64,000 nucleotides of DNA from Patescibacteria group bacterium (GCA_023474425.1 JAMCXX010000002.1:196217-260216), one strand, 5' to 3'. Positions 45,276-54,719 are shown, counted from the first letter of the stretch. The notes: generated from the letters alone by a model not told the origin. Translations and numbers: made by a program.

Positions 45276-45422
45276 AAGGTTTTGAATTGTAGTGAGTCCG
45301 CAGGTTAAGATGACAAAATGGTAACCCGCAGCCCGCAGGCGAGGCTTAGCGCTCCGACGGTCTATTGCCGGCGGAGACAGCGGCCATTTTGGCGCTTAAC
45401 CGAGAACTCGTAGGTTGAAATT

Positions 45423-46430
45423 GTGAATAAATCACTTGACGATTTGCTCAAAGAGCGGGAGAAGGCGCGGGCCAACAAAGATTTTTCCCGGGCCGACGCC
45501 ATTCGGAAACAAATAGAGGATCTGGGATTCCTAATTGAGGACGGCCCTCAAGGACCAAAGATTTTGGAGAAACCGGAAATCTTCTACAACCGTTCGGACG
45601 ATGTGCCTTCGAATCTGGATAAACCGGACAATTGTAGTTTTAGCGTTAGCCTGACTTTTTCCAAAGAAGGAAACGATCCAAAGAGAGTAATTCAATCAAT
45701 TATCAATTGCTACGATGACCGGCCTGGCCAGCCAGATTCGACGAGAGAGCCGCGAGGAGAACAGGCAGGTACAAATCATAGCGCCAAAGGGCTGGAAATT
45801 TTGGCGGTGGGAAACAACCTCGACGAAGCGGGAAGAAAATTCTTAAAAGAAATTTCACGAAAGGACCCGCGCATCAAAGTTTTTCAAACGAACGCGGAGA
45901 TCGGCGAGGCAGCCGCCCGCAACATTAGCTTAAAACAGGCCTTGGGAAAAATCGTCATTATTCTTGACGCGAGCGTAGAAGTTACCGGCGACATTTTTAA
46001 TCCAACTGTACAAGTTTTGTCAGATAAAACAGTCGGGGTAGCGGGCCCCTTCGGTCTCGTCTCCGACGATCTTCATTCTTTTCGCGAGCTTGAGTCTCAA
46101 TTGTCAGACGCTCACCGATCTAGAGTCATAGAGGTGGACGCCCAGCAGTTATACTTTATGGCTTTTCGACGGGAACTATTAACTCCGGTTGGTCTTATGC
46201 GCGAGAAGTTTAAGTTTTACCGTCATTTGGATTTGGACTTTTGCTTGGGGGTTAAAGACAAGGGCTACAAAATCGTCAACCTTGATTTGCCGGTCCTCCG
46301 TCATGAACATTGTGTTTGGGAGACGATGGCCCCGGTTGAACGCGAAAAGAAGAGCAAAAAGAATTTTTATATTTTTCTCAACCTTTGGCACGACCGCAAA
46401 GACCTTTTGGTTAAAAACAAGAACAGGTAA
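45423..46430 (+). CDS. GT2-like glycosyltransferase with N-terminal CysRS C-terminal-like helical motif
   Basis: 335 aa with a GTG start. LLKEREKARANKDFSRADAIRKQIEDLGFLIEDGPQGPKI mirrors the extreme C-terminus of cysteinyl-tRNA synthetases. It is followed by a GT-A-like region with an IVIILDASVEV DxD-like motif. Confidence 0.5.
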   Translation: MNKSLDDLLKEREKARANKDFSRADAIRKQIEDLGFLIEDGPQGPKILEKPEIFYNRSDDVPSNLDKPDNCSFSVSLTFSKEGNDPKRVIQSIINCYDDRPGQPDSTREPRGEQAGTNHSAKGLEILAVGNNLDEAGRKFLKEISRKDPRIKVFQTNAEIGEAAARNISLKQALGKIVIILDASVEVTGDIFNPTVQVLSDKTVGVAGPFGLVSDDLHSFRELESQLSDAHRSRVIEVDAQQLYFMAFRRELLTPVGLMREKFKFYRHLDLDFCLGVKDKGYKIVNLDLPVLRHEHCVWETMAPVEREKKSKKNFYIFLNLWHDRKDLLVKNKNR

Positions 46431-46606
46431 TCCCTTTACCACTTCCATAAAGTTTGACGAATATATGGTCATGGGTGTCGCCGACCAGGCCCCGTAGCAA
46501 ATATATACGACGGCCGTGGAGGTAAAATGCAGTACAAAAAAGTTCCACGGCCGCATCATAAAAATGTAACCTGCCGGAATAGCGATGCAGTGTTATTCTT
46601 TACTTT

Positions 46607-48043
46607 ATGAGCAGTATTCAATGGCGGGGGTGGGAAAAGGAAGCTTTTAGCCAGGCCTTGAACGAGCAGAAGCCCCTTCTTCTTTTTCTGACTTCTTTCG
46701 GCAATCCCGCCAGCCGGTTCATGGAGGAAACTACCTATACCCGCGAGGCTGTGGCCGATTTTGTTAACGGCAATTTTATTCCCCTTCGGGTTAATATTGA
46801 AGAAAGACCGGAAGTTGACCGCCGATTTCGGCAGGGCGGTCCGCCGGCCACGGTTTTTTTGACGCCGCGGGGAAAAATAATTACCGGCACCACCGTTGCC
46901 GGCGGCGACGAAATGTTGGAATTTATGGAACAGGCAGTTTCAATTTTCCACCGTTCCGTTTTTGGTTTTTCTTCCCCTCTCCAAAAAGACGACGGTTTTT
47001 TCCAAAAAACTAATGATTTTCCACCGGTCGGTTTTGAAGAAAGAAGGGTTTATTTTATTAAATATAAAGAGCCTTTTATAAAAGAATTTGACGAGCTTCT
47101 TTTTAAAGCTTTCGATCCCGTTTACGGCGGGTTTTCCGCCTTTCGTTCCGGTCCCAAGTTTCCCCAAAGAGGTATTCTCAATTACTGCCTTTTGAAGTAT
47201 AAAAAAAGCGGGGATGCGGGTTTTAAAAAAATGCTCGAAAGGAGTCTCGAGGGAATGAGCGAAGGCGGACTTTTCGACTTTCTGGAAGGAGGATTTTTTC
47301 GCCTGGCCCGCCGTTCTGATTGGAGTCAGCCCGAAACGCAAAAATCTCTTTTGGATAACATTTCCCTGGCCCGCCTTTTTTTTGATGCCGGAACTCTTTG
47401 GCGCGACGAGCGCTTTTTGGAAATTTCACAAAAAACAGTCGGTTTTATTAAATCCAATCTCTACAATTTTGACGGCGGCGGCTTTTACGCCTCGGCTTCA
47501 GCCGGAGAAGATTATTTTAAAATTATTTCCCGGACCGAAAGGGCCGTTTACCGCGAAGAGAGAGGGGATCTTTTGGTGGACAAAAGAATTTTTTCCGACC
47601 TAAACGGGCTGGCCATAAGAGCCTTGGGCGGCCTCCCCGGGGCGGAGGAGATGGTGCAAAAAAGTCGAGCCAAAATTATTTCACTTAAGTCGCCCAACGG
47701 ACTTTTTTATCACAGCGAGAAATCAATGGAGTCGAAGGCGCCGTTTCTTTTTGCCGACCAGGTTTATTTGGCCAAAGCTTCTACACAAATTCATGAGTTT
47801 TGGCAAAAGGTAATGGCGGTTTTTTTTGACGCCGAAAATGGCGGATTCTACGATTTTTGTGCGGACAGCCTCTTTCTTGGTCAGCCGATTAGAGTTTTGG
47901 AAGAAAACATAGCCGCTCTTGAGGTTTTGGAAGAGTTGGGCTACTCGGCCGAAGCCCGCAAATCTCTCATTGAGATTTTTTGGGAGAACAAAAAACCGTC
48001 GCTCTCTTCGGCACCCTTGGCTGCCGTTCTTTTGTCCCGCTGA
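46607..48043 (+). CDS. YyaL/DUF255-like thioredoxin-fold plus six-hairpin domain protein (active-site Cys absent)
   Basis: 478 aa. The N-terminus W..W..EAFSQALNEQKPLLLFLTSFGNPASRFMEETTY...VADFVNGNFIPLRVNIEERPEVD follows the DUF255 pattern, but the WCxxC cysteines are replaced. Confidence 0.55.
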   Translation: MSSIQWRGWEKEAFSQALNEQKPLLLFLTSFGNPASRFMEETTYTREAVADFVNGNFIPLRVNIEERPEVDRRFRQGGPPATVFLTPRGKIITGTTVAGGDEMLEFMEQAVSIFHRSVFGFSSPLQKDDGFFQKTNDFPPVGFEERRVYFIKYKEPFIKEFDELLFKAFDPVYGGFSAFRSGPKFPQRGILNYCLLKYKKSGDAGFKKMLERSLEGMSEGGLFDFLEGGFFRLARRSDWSQPETQKSLLDNISLARLFFDAGTLWRDERFLEISQKTVGFIKSNLYNFDGGGFYASASAGEDYFKIISRTERAVYREERGDLLVDKRIFSDLNGLAIRALGGLPGAEEMVQKSRAKIISLKSPNGLFYHSEKSMESKAPFLFADQVYLAKASTQIHEFWQKVMAVFFDAENGGFYDFCADSLFLGQPIRVLEENIAALEVLEELGYSAEARKSLIEIFWENKKPSLSSAPLAAVLLSR

Positions 48044-48045
48044 CT

Positions 48046-48696
48046 ATGCTTAAAGTTGATGCGGTCTTTGAAAAATTAGAAAGGAGTGCGGCGCGGTACA
48101 GGGTGCCTTCCGTCTCGCAAAAAAGCCTTACTCAAGGCCGGCCGTTTAAAATACTCATAGCCACCGTTATTTCCCTGCGCACGAAAGACGCGGTTACCGG
48201 GCAGGCGAGTCGGAGGCTTTTTAGTAGAGCCTCCTCGCCGTCAAAAATGGCGGCACTGACCGAAGCGCAGATTAGACATTTAATTTACCCGGCCGGGTTT
48301 TACCGTAACAAGGCGGTTAGGATTAGGAAAATTTGCCGAATTCTTACGGAACAATACGAAGGTCGTGTGCCTAAAACTTTGGAAGAACTTTTGGAACTTC
48401 CTGGGGTGGGGCGAAAAACGGCCAATTTGGTGCTCACCGAAGGTTTTGGTCTTCCCGGCATCTGCGTAGACACTCATGTGCACCGGATTGCCAACCGCTG
48501 GGGTTTGGTAAAGACTAAGACGCCGGAGCAAACGGAGATGTCTTTAAGAAAAATATTGCCGCCAAAATATTGGATTGTTATTAATCGTCTTTTGGTTACC
48601 TGGGGTCAGAATGTTTGTTTGCCACTCTCACCCAAATGCTCGTTGTGTCAGCTAAATAAGCTCTGCCCGAAAATCGGGGTTTTCCGGCGAAGATGA
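48046..48696 (+). CDS. nth: endonuclease III (Nth)
   Basis: ATG 48046 lies 2 nt after the previous stop; the track start is 47980. It has the HhH motif LPGVGRKTANLVL, then VDTHVHRIANRWG, and the Fe-S cluster motif C-x6-C-x2-C-x5-C (CLPLSPKCSLCQLNKLC). Confidence 0.85.
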   Translation: MLKVDAVFEKLERSAARYRVPSVSQKSLTQGRPFKILIATVISLRTKDAVTGQASRRLFSRASSPSKMAALTEAQIRHLIYPAGFYRNKAVRIRKICRILTEQYEGRVPKTLEELLELPGVGRKTANLVLTEGFGLPGICVDTHVHRIANRWGLVKTKTPEQTEMSLRKILPPKYWIVINRLLVTWGQNVCLPLSPKCSLCQLNKLCPKIGVFRRR

Positions 48697-48709
48697 GATT
48701 TTTCCGCTT

Positions 48710-48812
48710 GCGACGGGGCCTGTCGTCCTCCTCTCCCGTCCGACGTCCTCATCCACTAGCTGGCGGATTGCGGTCGCTCGACGGGAGACCCTCTCCGGAC
48801 GCCACCCGTCGC
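48710..48812. repeat. 100-nt GC-rich rod-like hairpin element, copy B
   Basis: Inverted repeats are gcgacgggg...cccgtcgc outer and tctcccgtc/gacgggaga inner. The cores TCCCGTCCGACGTCCTC and TGCGGTCGCTCGACGGGA are identical to copy A. It begins 14 nt after the nth stop. Confidence 0.65.
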
Positions 48813-48823
48813 GCAAATACTTC

Positions 48824-48853
48824 TTGACAACCGCAAAGCCCCGTGCTTATATA
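48824..48853 (+). promoter_or_regulatory. sigma-70-type promoter upstream of SOD gene
   Basis: TTGACA at 48824-48829 is followed by a 17-18-nt spacer and TTATATA at 48847-48853, 22 nt upstream of ATG 48876. Confidence 0.45.
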
Positions 48854-48875
48854 GAAGAGTATCAATATTTAACTT

Positions 48876-49529
48876 ATGCCTCATGTTGTTAAAACACCGC
48901 AGCCCAAAAATTTAAAGGGGATCTTAGATAAAACCAACGAAATACACCACGGCAAACTTTACACGGGTTATGTGAATAAGCGGAACGAAGTTGAGGAGAG
49001 GTTGGCCAAAGTTAATCCTGAGGACTTGGCGTCCGGCAATCAAACTTATTCCTTTTTGCGCGGCTTAAAAGAAGGCGAAACTTTTGCCGCCAATGGCATG
49101 ATTCTTCATGAGGTATTTTTTGATGTTTTGGGCGGTACGGGAGACCCGGCCGGGACGCATGTTTTGGAGGAAATAGAGAAGGAGTGGGGCGGTTTCGAAA
49201 AATTTAAGGAAATGTTTGCGGCCTGCGGCATGAGCGCGCGCGGTTGGGCCATTTTGGCCTACGATCCGTCAGACGGTAAGCTACATATCTTTACGGCAGA
49301 TGCCCAGAATCAGGGAGGCGTTTGGGGGGCCACGCCCATCCTGCCTCTGGATGTATATGAGCACGCCTATTTTATTGACTTCGGTTCCGACCGCAAAAGC
49401 TACATTAACGCTTTTTTTGAAAATCTCGATTGGAGCAAAATTGACCGCCGTTTTACACAAGCCTCCTGTTGCTGTTCTCCAAACGGCGACTGCGACTGCC
49501 AAGACCACTGCCACGATAACCACAACTAG
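48876..49529 (+). CDS. sodA: Fe/Mn superoxide dismutase with Cys/His-rich C-terminal tail
   Basis: 217 aa with EIHHGKLYTGY, LHEVFF and DVYEHAYFIDF (the D-x-x-E-H-A-Y motif). The extra tail is ASCCCSPNGDCDCQDHCHDNHN. Confidence 0.8.
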   Translation: MPHVVKTPQPKNLKGILDKTNEIHHGKLYTGYVNKRNEVEERLAKVNPEDLASGNQTYSFLRGLKEGETFAANGMILHEVFFDVLGGTGDPAGTHVLEEIEKEWGGFEKFKEMFAACGMSARGWAILAYDPSDGKLHIFTADAQNQGGVWGATPILPLDVYEHAYFIDFGSDRKSYINAFFENLDWSKIDRRFTQASCCCSPNGDCDCQDHCHDNHN

Positions 49530-49572
49530 CCCCGTTTGACGCATAGAAAATTTTCTATATAATTAAGTCATT

Positions 49573-49842
49573 ATGAAGGGATTTAAGAAGTGGTGCCCGG
49601 AATGTTTTAAGGCCCTTTCTACTAAAGTTCGGGCCGGCATTGTGAACCTACTTTCAAAAAACAAAGAAATGACGGTGGGGCAAATTGCCGCCAATTTTAG
49701 GCTTAAACAGCCCACAATCTCTTACCATTTAAGCGAGCTCGAGAAGTCCGGGCTTTTGTCCTCCCGAAGCTTTGGCCGTCATGTTTATTACAAACTTAGT
49801 CCGCTTTGCCCCTACGACCGCAGTAAGTGTCTTTTAAAATAA
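49573..49842 (+). CDS. ArsR/SmtB-family transcriptional regulator
   Basis: 89 aa with the wHTH MTVGQIAANFRLKQPTISYHLSELEKSGLL. Cys pairs occur at the N-terminus (CPEC) and C-terminus. The stop overlaps the sufC ATG (TAATG). Confidence 0.75.
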   Translation: MKGFKKWCPECFKALSTKVRAGIVNLLSKNKEMTVGQIAANFRLKQPTISYHLSELEKSGLLSSRSFGRHVYYKLSPLCPYDRSKCLLK

Positions 49843-50597
49843 TGAGACCGAACGCAGAAAAATCTATCCTTTTGGAAATTAAGGACCTATACGCCGGCAT
49901 TGAGAGCAGGGAAATCCTCAAAGGTTTTAACCTGACTATCCGCGAAGGCGAAACGCATGCTTTAATGGGTCCCAACGGCAGCGGCAAAAGCACCCTGGCC
50001 AATGTGCTTTGCGGCCACCCACGCGCTCAGGTGAAAAGCGGTTCGATTATTTTCCGCGGTGAAAATTTGGTTAAACTTTCGCCCGAAGAGCGGGCCAAGC
50101 ACGGCTTATTTATGGCTTTCCAGTACCCGGTAGAAGTTACCGGCGTGAGCCTTTTTAATTTTCTTAAAACGGCCTACGGCTCGGTAAAAGAAAAAATCGA
50201 CTACGCCCGGTTTGGCAAGATGGTTAGGGATGAGGCAGAAAAACTTAAAATGGATCCCGCTTTTTTGTCTCGGTATTTAAACGAGGGATTTTCCGGCGGC
50301 GAAAAGAAGAAGGCGGAAATTCTTCAGATGATGGTGCTCTCCCCAAAAATAGTCATTATGGACGAAACAGATTCCGGTTTGGACATTGACGCTCTAAGAA
50401 TTGTTTCGGAGGAAATCAACAGAGCCCGTGAATCTTTTAATCCCGGAATTCTTCTGATTACCCATTACTTTAGGATTCTTAAATATGTCCGGCCGGATTT
50501 TGTTCACGTTTTAGTTGACGGAAGAATTGCCGCCGAAGGCGGCGCGGAACTGGCCACAAAACTTGAGGAAAACGGGTATGAGTGGGTGCGGGGCTAA
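49842..50597 (+). CDS. sufC: Fe-S cluster assembly ATPase SufC
   Basis: Walker A GPNGSGKST, signature FSGGEKKK and Walker B IVIMDETDSGLD are present. The ATG at 49842 is preferred over the track GTG at 49827. Confidence 0.9.
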   Translation: MRPNAEKSILLEIKDLYAGIESREILKGFNLTIREGETHALMGPNGSGKSTLANVLCGHPRAQVKSGSIIFRGENLVKLSPEERAKHGLFMAFQYPVEVTGVSLFNFLKTAYGSVKEKIDYARFGKMVRDEAEKLKMDPAFLSRYLNEGFSGGEKKKAEILQMMVLSPKIVIMDETDSGLDIDALRIVSEEINRARESFNPGILLITHYFRILKYVRPDFVHVLVDGRIAAEGGAELATKLEENGYEWVRG

Positions 50598-50600
50598 CTT

Positions 50601-52007
50601 ATGAACAAAGAACGGGATCTGAAGAATTTGAAGTCTAGTTACAAGTTGGGGTTTTCCGTTCCCGAGGATTATGTATTTAAAAGCAAAAAGGGACTTGACG
50701 AAAAAGTGGTGGAGGAAATTTCCGCTATCAAAAGTGAGCCCTTGTGGATGCGCGATTTGCGTCTCAAGTCCTACCAGACTTTCCGGCAGAAACAAATGCC
50801 CGGCTGGGGCGGGGATCTTTCCCAAATAAACTTTAACGAAATTTACTATTATTTAAAGCCCACAAAGACGGAGGCCAAAAGCTGGGAGGATTTGCCCAAA
50901 GGAATCCGCGAAACTTATAACAAAATAGGGGTTCCGGCGGCGGAAAAAAAATATCTGGCCGGTGTAAAGGGTCAGTACGAATCGGAGGTAATTTACGGAT
51001 CGCTCCTTAAGTCGCTTGAAGAAAAGGGAGTCGTTTTTTTGGGGATGGATGAGGGGCTTAAGAGGTACCCCGATTTGGTCAAAGAATATTTCGGCACGGT
51101 TATTCCCCCAGCGGACAACAAATTTGCCGCTCTCAACTCATCCGTTTGGTCCGGCGGAAGTTTTATTTACGTTCCCAAAAACGTCAAAATCAGCCTTCCC
51201 CTGCAGGCCTATTTTCGCATTAACGCCGCCAATATGGGTCAGTTTGAACGGACGCTCATTATTGCCGACGAGGGCAGTTTCGTTTCGTACATCGAAGGTT
51301 GTTCCGCCCCGGTATATTCCACCGACTCGCTGCATTCGGCGGTCGTTGAGATAATCGTCAAGCGCGGGGCGCGGGTTCGTTACACCACTATTCAAAACTG
51401 GAGCACCAACGTCTACAATCTTGTGACCAAGCGGGCCAAAGTTTTTGGTGATGGTGTTATGGAGTGGGTGGATTATAACGGAGGTTCCCGTCTCACAATG
51501 AAGTACCCGAGCGTTTATCTTGTGGAACCCGGAGCGCACGGAGAGATCCTCTCACTAGCATTCGCCGGATCCGGTCAGCATCAGGATACGGGTGGGAAGG
51601 CGATTCATGCAGCGCCCAACACCACTTCCCAAATTATTTCTAAATCGGTTTCCTTAAATGGCGGGCGAACCTCGTATCGGGGCCTTTTGCAAATTTATCC
51701 CGGGGCCAAAGGTTCAAAGTCGAAAGTTGTTTGTGACGCCCTGATTCTTGACCCACAGTCCCGCAGTGATACTTATCCGACGATGAGAATCGATGAAAGT
51801 CAGGTTCAAGTGGAACACGAAGCAACAGTTTCCAAAATCGGCGAGGACCAGCTTTTTTATCTTATGAGCCGCGGTATCCCCGAAGCCCAAGCCGGTTCGC
51901 TCATTGTTTCCGGGTTTGTGGAACCAATCGTTAAGCAGCTGCCTCTGGAATACGCGGTTGAGCTTAACCGTCTGATTGAACTTCAAATGGAAGGATCAGT
52001 AGGATAA
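50601..52007 (+). CDS. sufB: Fe-S cluster assembly protein SufB
   Basis: 468 aa following sufC. Typical SufB segments are present ([41 protein letters not shown]). Confidence 0.9.
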   Translation: MNKERDLKNLKSSYKLGFSVPEDYVFKSKKGLDEKVVEEISAIKSEPLWMRDLRLKSYQTFRQKQMPGWGGDLSQINFNEIYYYLKPTKTEAKSWEDLPKGIRETYNKIGVPAAEKKYLAGVKGQYESEVIYGSLLKSLEEKGVVFLGMDEGLKRYPDLVKEYFGTVIPPADNKFAALNSSVWSGGSFIYVPKNVKISLPLQAYFRINAANMGQFERTLIIADEGSFVSYIEGCSAPVYSTDSLHSAVVEIIVKRGARVRYTTIQNWSTNVYNLVTKRAKVFGDGVMEWVDYNGGSRLTMKYPSVYLVEPGAHGEILSLAFAGSGQHQDTGGKAIHAAPNTTSQIISKSVSLNGGRTSYRGLLQIYPGAKGSKSKVVCDALILDPQSRSDTYPTMRIDESQVQVEHEATVSKIGEDQLFYLMSRGIPEAQAGSLIVSGFVEPIVKQLPLEYAVELNRLIELQMEGSVG

Positions 52008-52039
52008 ACACGCGCTTGCGCCTTTATTCGTAAAAGTGT

Positions 52040-52711
52040 ATGGGAGAAAAAAAAGATTTAGTTCGAGAAAAGCTAGAGTTGACTTTAGGTAGAACCTTGA
52101 TTGACCGGCTTGAAGAGGGCGAGTCGGAGTTGCGTCTTGGGGCTGACGAGGCGTTGACGATTTTTCTCCTGCCTTCCCAAAAATATAAAAACAAAAAACT
52201 GACCGTTTGGCTTGAAGGCAGAGGCAGCCGCGTGGAAATTTTGGGAGCCCTTCTTGGCGGCGGCGAGGAAGAGTCAAAAATTAGCATCCGTGTTATTCAT
52301 AAGGGGCGGGAAACCTCGGCTTACATCCATCTGCGCACCGTTCTGTTTGGGCAAAGCCGTTCGCTTTTTTCCGGCCTTATTCGCATTGAGAAAGATGCCA
52401 TTGGTTCCGGTTCGCTTTTGGAGGACCGCGTTCTAGTTTTGGGCGAAGCGGCCCGGGCCGAGTCGGTGCCGTCTCTGGAAATTGAGGCCAATGAAGTTAA
52501 AGCTTCACACGCGGCCACAGTGGGGCGGATTGACGAAGAACAGCTTTTTTATTTAGAGTCTAGGGGGGTGTCCCGCGCCACGGCCGTGCGCATGATTGTT
52601 GAAGGATTTTTTGAACCGGTCCTCAGGCGCCTTAGCCGTAAAGATTTAGTGGCTCAAATCCGCGGAGAACTTTGGGCCGATGCTCTTAAACAGTATTTGC
52701 CGGATAGTTAA
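52040..52711 (+). CDS. sufD: short SufD-like Fe-S assembly protein
   Basis: 223 aa with the C-terminal SufB/D motif HAATVGRIDEEQLFYLESRGVSRATAVRMIVEGF. It is shorter than canonical SufD. Confidence 0.75.
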   Translation: MGEKKDLVREKLELTLGRTLIDRLEEGESELRLGADEALTIFLLPSQKYKNKKLTVWLEGRGSRVEILGALLGGGEEESKISIRVIHKGRETSAYIHLRTVLFGQSRSLFSGLIRIEKDAIGSGSLLEDRVLVLGEAARAESVPSLEIEANEVKASHAATVGRIDEEQLFYLESRGVSRATAVRMIVEGFFEPVLRRLSRKDLVAQIRGELWADALKQYLPDS

Positions 52712-52725
52712 ATAATTTAAGGCGG

Positions 52726-53043
52726 GTGAATTTAATGGAGATTACAAAAGTTTTAGAAGTTGGAGAAATTGGCGAAGGTGAAATTAAAAAAACCGAAATT
52801 AACGGCCAGGTAGTTGATGTGGCCATGATCGGCGGCGAATATTACGCCTTTAACGATATTTGTTCCCACGAAGAGTGCTCTTTGAGCGAGGGGTTTTTGG
52901 ACGGCAAGGAGGTTGTTTGCCCCTGTCACGGCTCTAAATTTGATGTGGGGAGCGGAGCGGTTAAATCCCTGCCGGCCGTAACCCCAATTAAAACTTATTC
53001 GGTCAAAGTCGAAAACGGCGCAATAATGGTATGTTTGATGTAA
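52726..53043 (+). CDS. Rieske [2Fe-2S] ferredoxin-like protein
   Basis: The Rieske motifs CSHEEC and CPCHGSKF are present. The start is GTG 52726 or ATG 52735. The 3' end overlaps the sufS start. Confidence 0.8.
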   Translation: MNLMEITKVLEVGEIGEGEIKKTEINGQVVDVAMIGGEYYAFNDICSHEECSLSEGFLDGKEVVCPCHGSKFDVGSGAVKSLPAVTPIKTYSVKVENGAIMVCLM

Positions 53044-54257
53044 ATAAAATTCGGGAAGATTTCCCAATTCTAAAAAGAAAAATCAACGGTCATGATTTGG
53101 TTTACCTGGACAACGCGGCCACTTCACAAAAGCCAAAGGCCGTGATTGAGGCCGTTGCCGATTTCTACGAAAATCACAACGCCAACGTTCACCGCGGCGT
53201 GCACACTCTTTCCGAAGAAGCGACCCAAATGTATGAGGAGGCGAGAGTCAGAGTGGCTAAATTCATCAACGCGAGACTTCCTTCGGAGATCATCTTTGTG
53301 CGCAACTCAACTGAAGCGCTCAACCTCATCGTTTGGTCCCGGGGCAAAGCCCATCTTAAAAAAGGTGACGAAATTTTGCTTTCGGAAATGGAGCACCACA
53401 GCAACCTAGTACCCTGGCAACTCCTTGCGAAAGAGGTGGGAGCAGTCCTAAAGTTTATCTCTTTCGATGAAAATGGAGAATTGGAAATCTCAAATCTCAA
53501 GTCTCAATTTTCAAATCGAACCAAGGTCGTTTCGGTAGTTCATGTTTCTAATTCTCTGGGAACGATTAATCCAATCAAAGAGATGACTAAACTGGCTCAC
53601 GAAGTGGGGGCAATTGTGGTCGTTGACGCAGCTCAAAGTGTGCCGCACATGAAGGTTGATGTGCAGAGTTTAGGTTGCGATTTTCTGGCCTTTTCCGGAC
53701 ACAAAATGTTGGGCCCCATGGGTATAGGAGTCCTTTACGGACGTCAGGAGTTACTGGAAGTAATGCCGCCGTTTCTGTCCGGCGGTGACATGATTCGGTC
53801 AGTTACCATAAATGACGCTACCTGGAACGAGGTGCCCTACAAATTCGAAGCCGGCACCCCCAATGTGGCCGGGGCCGTGGGTTTGAGCGCGGCCATTGGT
53901 TATTTGGCAAATTTGGGCATGGATAATGTGCGCCAGCACGAAATTAAATTGACCGATTACGCTCTCAAAAAATTGTCGGTAATACCGGGGTTAAAAGTTT
54001 TGGGACCGCTTGATGCGCAAAAACGGGGCGGGGTAATTGCCTTTACGCTCAAAGGAACTCACCCGCACGATCTGGCTTCGGTTTTGGACGGAGAGGGCAT
54101 TGCCGTGCGTTCCGGCCACCATTGCACTATGCCGGTCCATTTAAGGCTTGGTATTCCGGCCTCCACCCGGGCGAGCTTTTACATCTACAATACCAAGGAA
54201 GAGGTGGATAAGTTGGTAGATGGATTGGAAAAGGCAAAACGACTACTCACAAAGTGA
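53031..54257 (+). CDS. sufS: cysteine desulfurase SufS
   Basis: 408 aa with FPIL...VYLDNAATSQKP, the PLP lysine region FSGHKMLGPMGIG and the active-site RSGHHCTMP. Confidence 0.9.
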   Translation: MFDVNKIREDFPILKRKINGHDLVYLDNAATSQKPKAVIEAVADFYENHNANVHRGVHTLSEEATQMYEEARVRVAKFINARLPSEIIFVRNSTEALNLIVWSRGKAHLKKGDEILLSEMEHHSNLVPWQLLAKEVGAVLKFISFDENGELEISNLKSQFSNRTKVVSVVHVSNSLGTINPIKEMTKLAHEVGAIVVVDAAQSVPHMKVDVQSLGCDFLAFSGHKMLGPMGIGVLYGRQELLEVMPPFLSGGDMIRSVTINDATWNEVPYKFEAGTPNVAGAVGLSAAIGYLANLGMDNVRQHEIKLTDYALKKLSVIPGLKVLGPLDAQKRGGVIAFTLKGTHPHDLASVLDGEGIAVRSGHHCTMPVHLRLGIPASTRASFYIYNTKEEVDKLVDGLEKAKRLLTK

Positions 54258-54270
54258 ATTTTTTTGCTAT

Positions 54271-54327
54271 CGTCATCCTGAGCTGTTCGGAGCGAAGGAT
54301 CTAGATTCTTCGGGTTCGAGAGACCTT
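54271..54327. repeat. CGTCATYCTG...GAATGACG inverted-repeat element, copy 3
   Basis: The sequence is cgtcatcctgagctgttcggagcgaaggatctagattcttcgggttcgagagaccttcagaatgacg. It lies in the sufS-sufU spacer and shares CGTCATYCTG, ATCTAGAWTC and GAATGAC with copy 1. Confidence 0.6.
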
Positions 54328-54350
54328 CAGAATGACGTAACGACATTACT

Positions 54351-54719
54351 GTGGATTTATACCGTGATGAAATTTTAGATCATTATAAAAACCCGCATAA
54401 CTTTGGGGAGCTTCCGGATCCCAAGGTTTCATATGAGGAATATAATCCGCTTTGCGGCGACCGCGTCGTTTTGCAGTTGAAAATAGAAAATGGAAAGTTG
54501 AAGGAAGTGAAATTTACCGGAGAAGGCTGTGCCATTTCAATAGCGTCGGCCTCAATGCTCACCGACTACCTCGTCGGCAAAGATATTGCCGAGCTAAAAA
54601 GTTTGCCGGGGAAAAAAGTTTTGGAGGTTCTGGGCCTCTCAAACATTGCCGCCGGAAGACTTAAGTGTGCTCTTTTGCCCTTTGAGGCGTTAAAGAAATC
54701 CCTGGCAAAACTTAGTTGA
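54351..54719 (+). CDS. sufU: SufU/IscU-type Fe-S scaffold (sulfur acceptor)
   Basis: 122 aa with a GTG start. LYRDEILDHYKNPHNFG, NPLCGD, GEGCAIS and RLKCALLP supply the three conserved Cys. Confidence 0.85.
   Translation: MDLYRDEILDHYKNPHNFGELPDPKVSYEEYNPLCGDRVVLQLKIENGKLKEVKFTGEGCAISIASASMLTDYLVGKDIAELKSLPGKKVLEVLGLSNIAAGRLKCALLPFEALKKSLAKLS

Noticed and set aside
45290-45420. Possible riboswitch or T-box upstream of the CysRS-motif GT2 gene
   Set aside because: The region is structured, but I could not recognise T-box, SAM, TPP, cobalamin or other riboswitch consensus elements. It is kept only as a comment within a finding.
46179-46559. 126-aa minus-strand ORF and the 102-aa plus ORF at 46189-46497
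   Set aside because: Both overlap the 3' end of the GT2-like gene or its downstream spacer. They have no SD and odd composition. The spacer contains a 9-bp stem hairpin (ggccgtgga...tccacggcc) instead.
47980-48045. Upstream extension of the nth ORF (track start 47980)
   Set aside because: It overlaps the 3' end of the preceding YyaL-like gene in another frame. ATG 48046, 2 nt after that gene's stop, gives a canonical Endo III N-terminus.
53470-53525. Periodic tctcaa-type repeat (ggaaatctcaaatctcaagtctcaattttcaaatcg) resembling a short tandem repeat
   Set aside because: It lies in-frame inside sufS, encoding ELEISNLKSQFSNR, in a variable surface region. It is not a CRISPR or a regulatory repeat.
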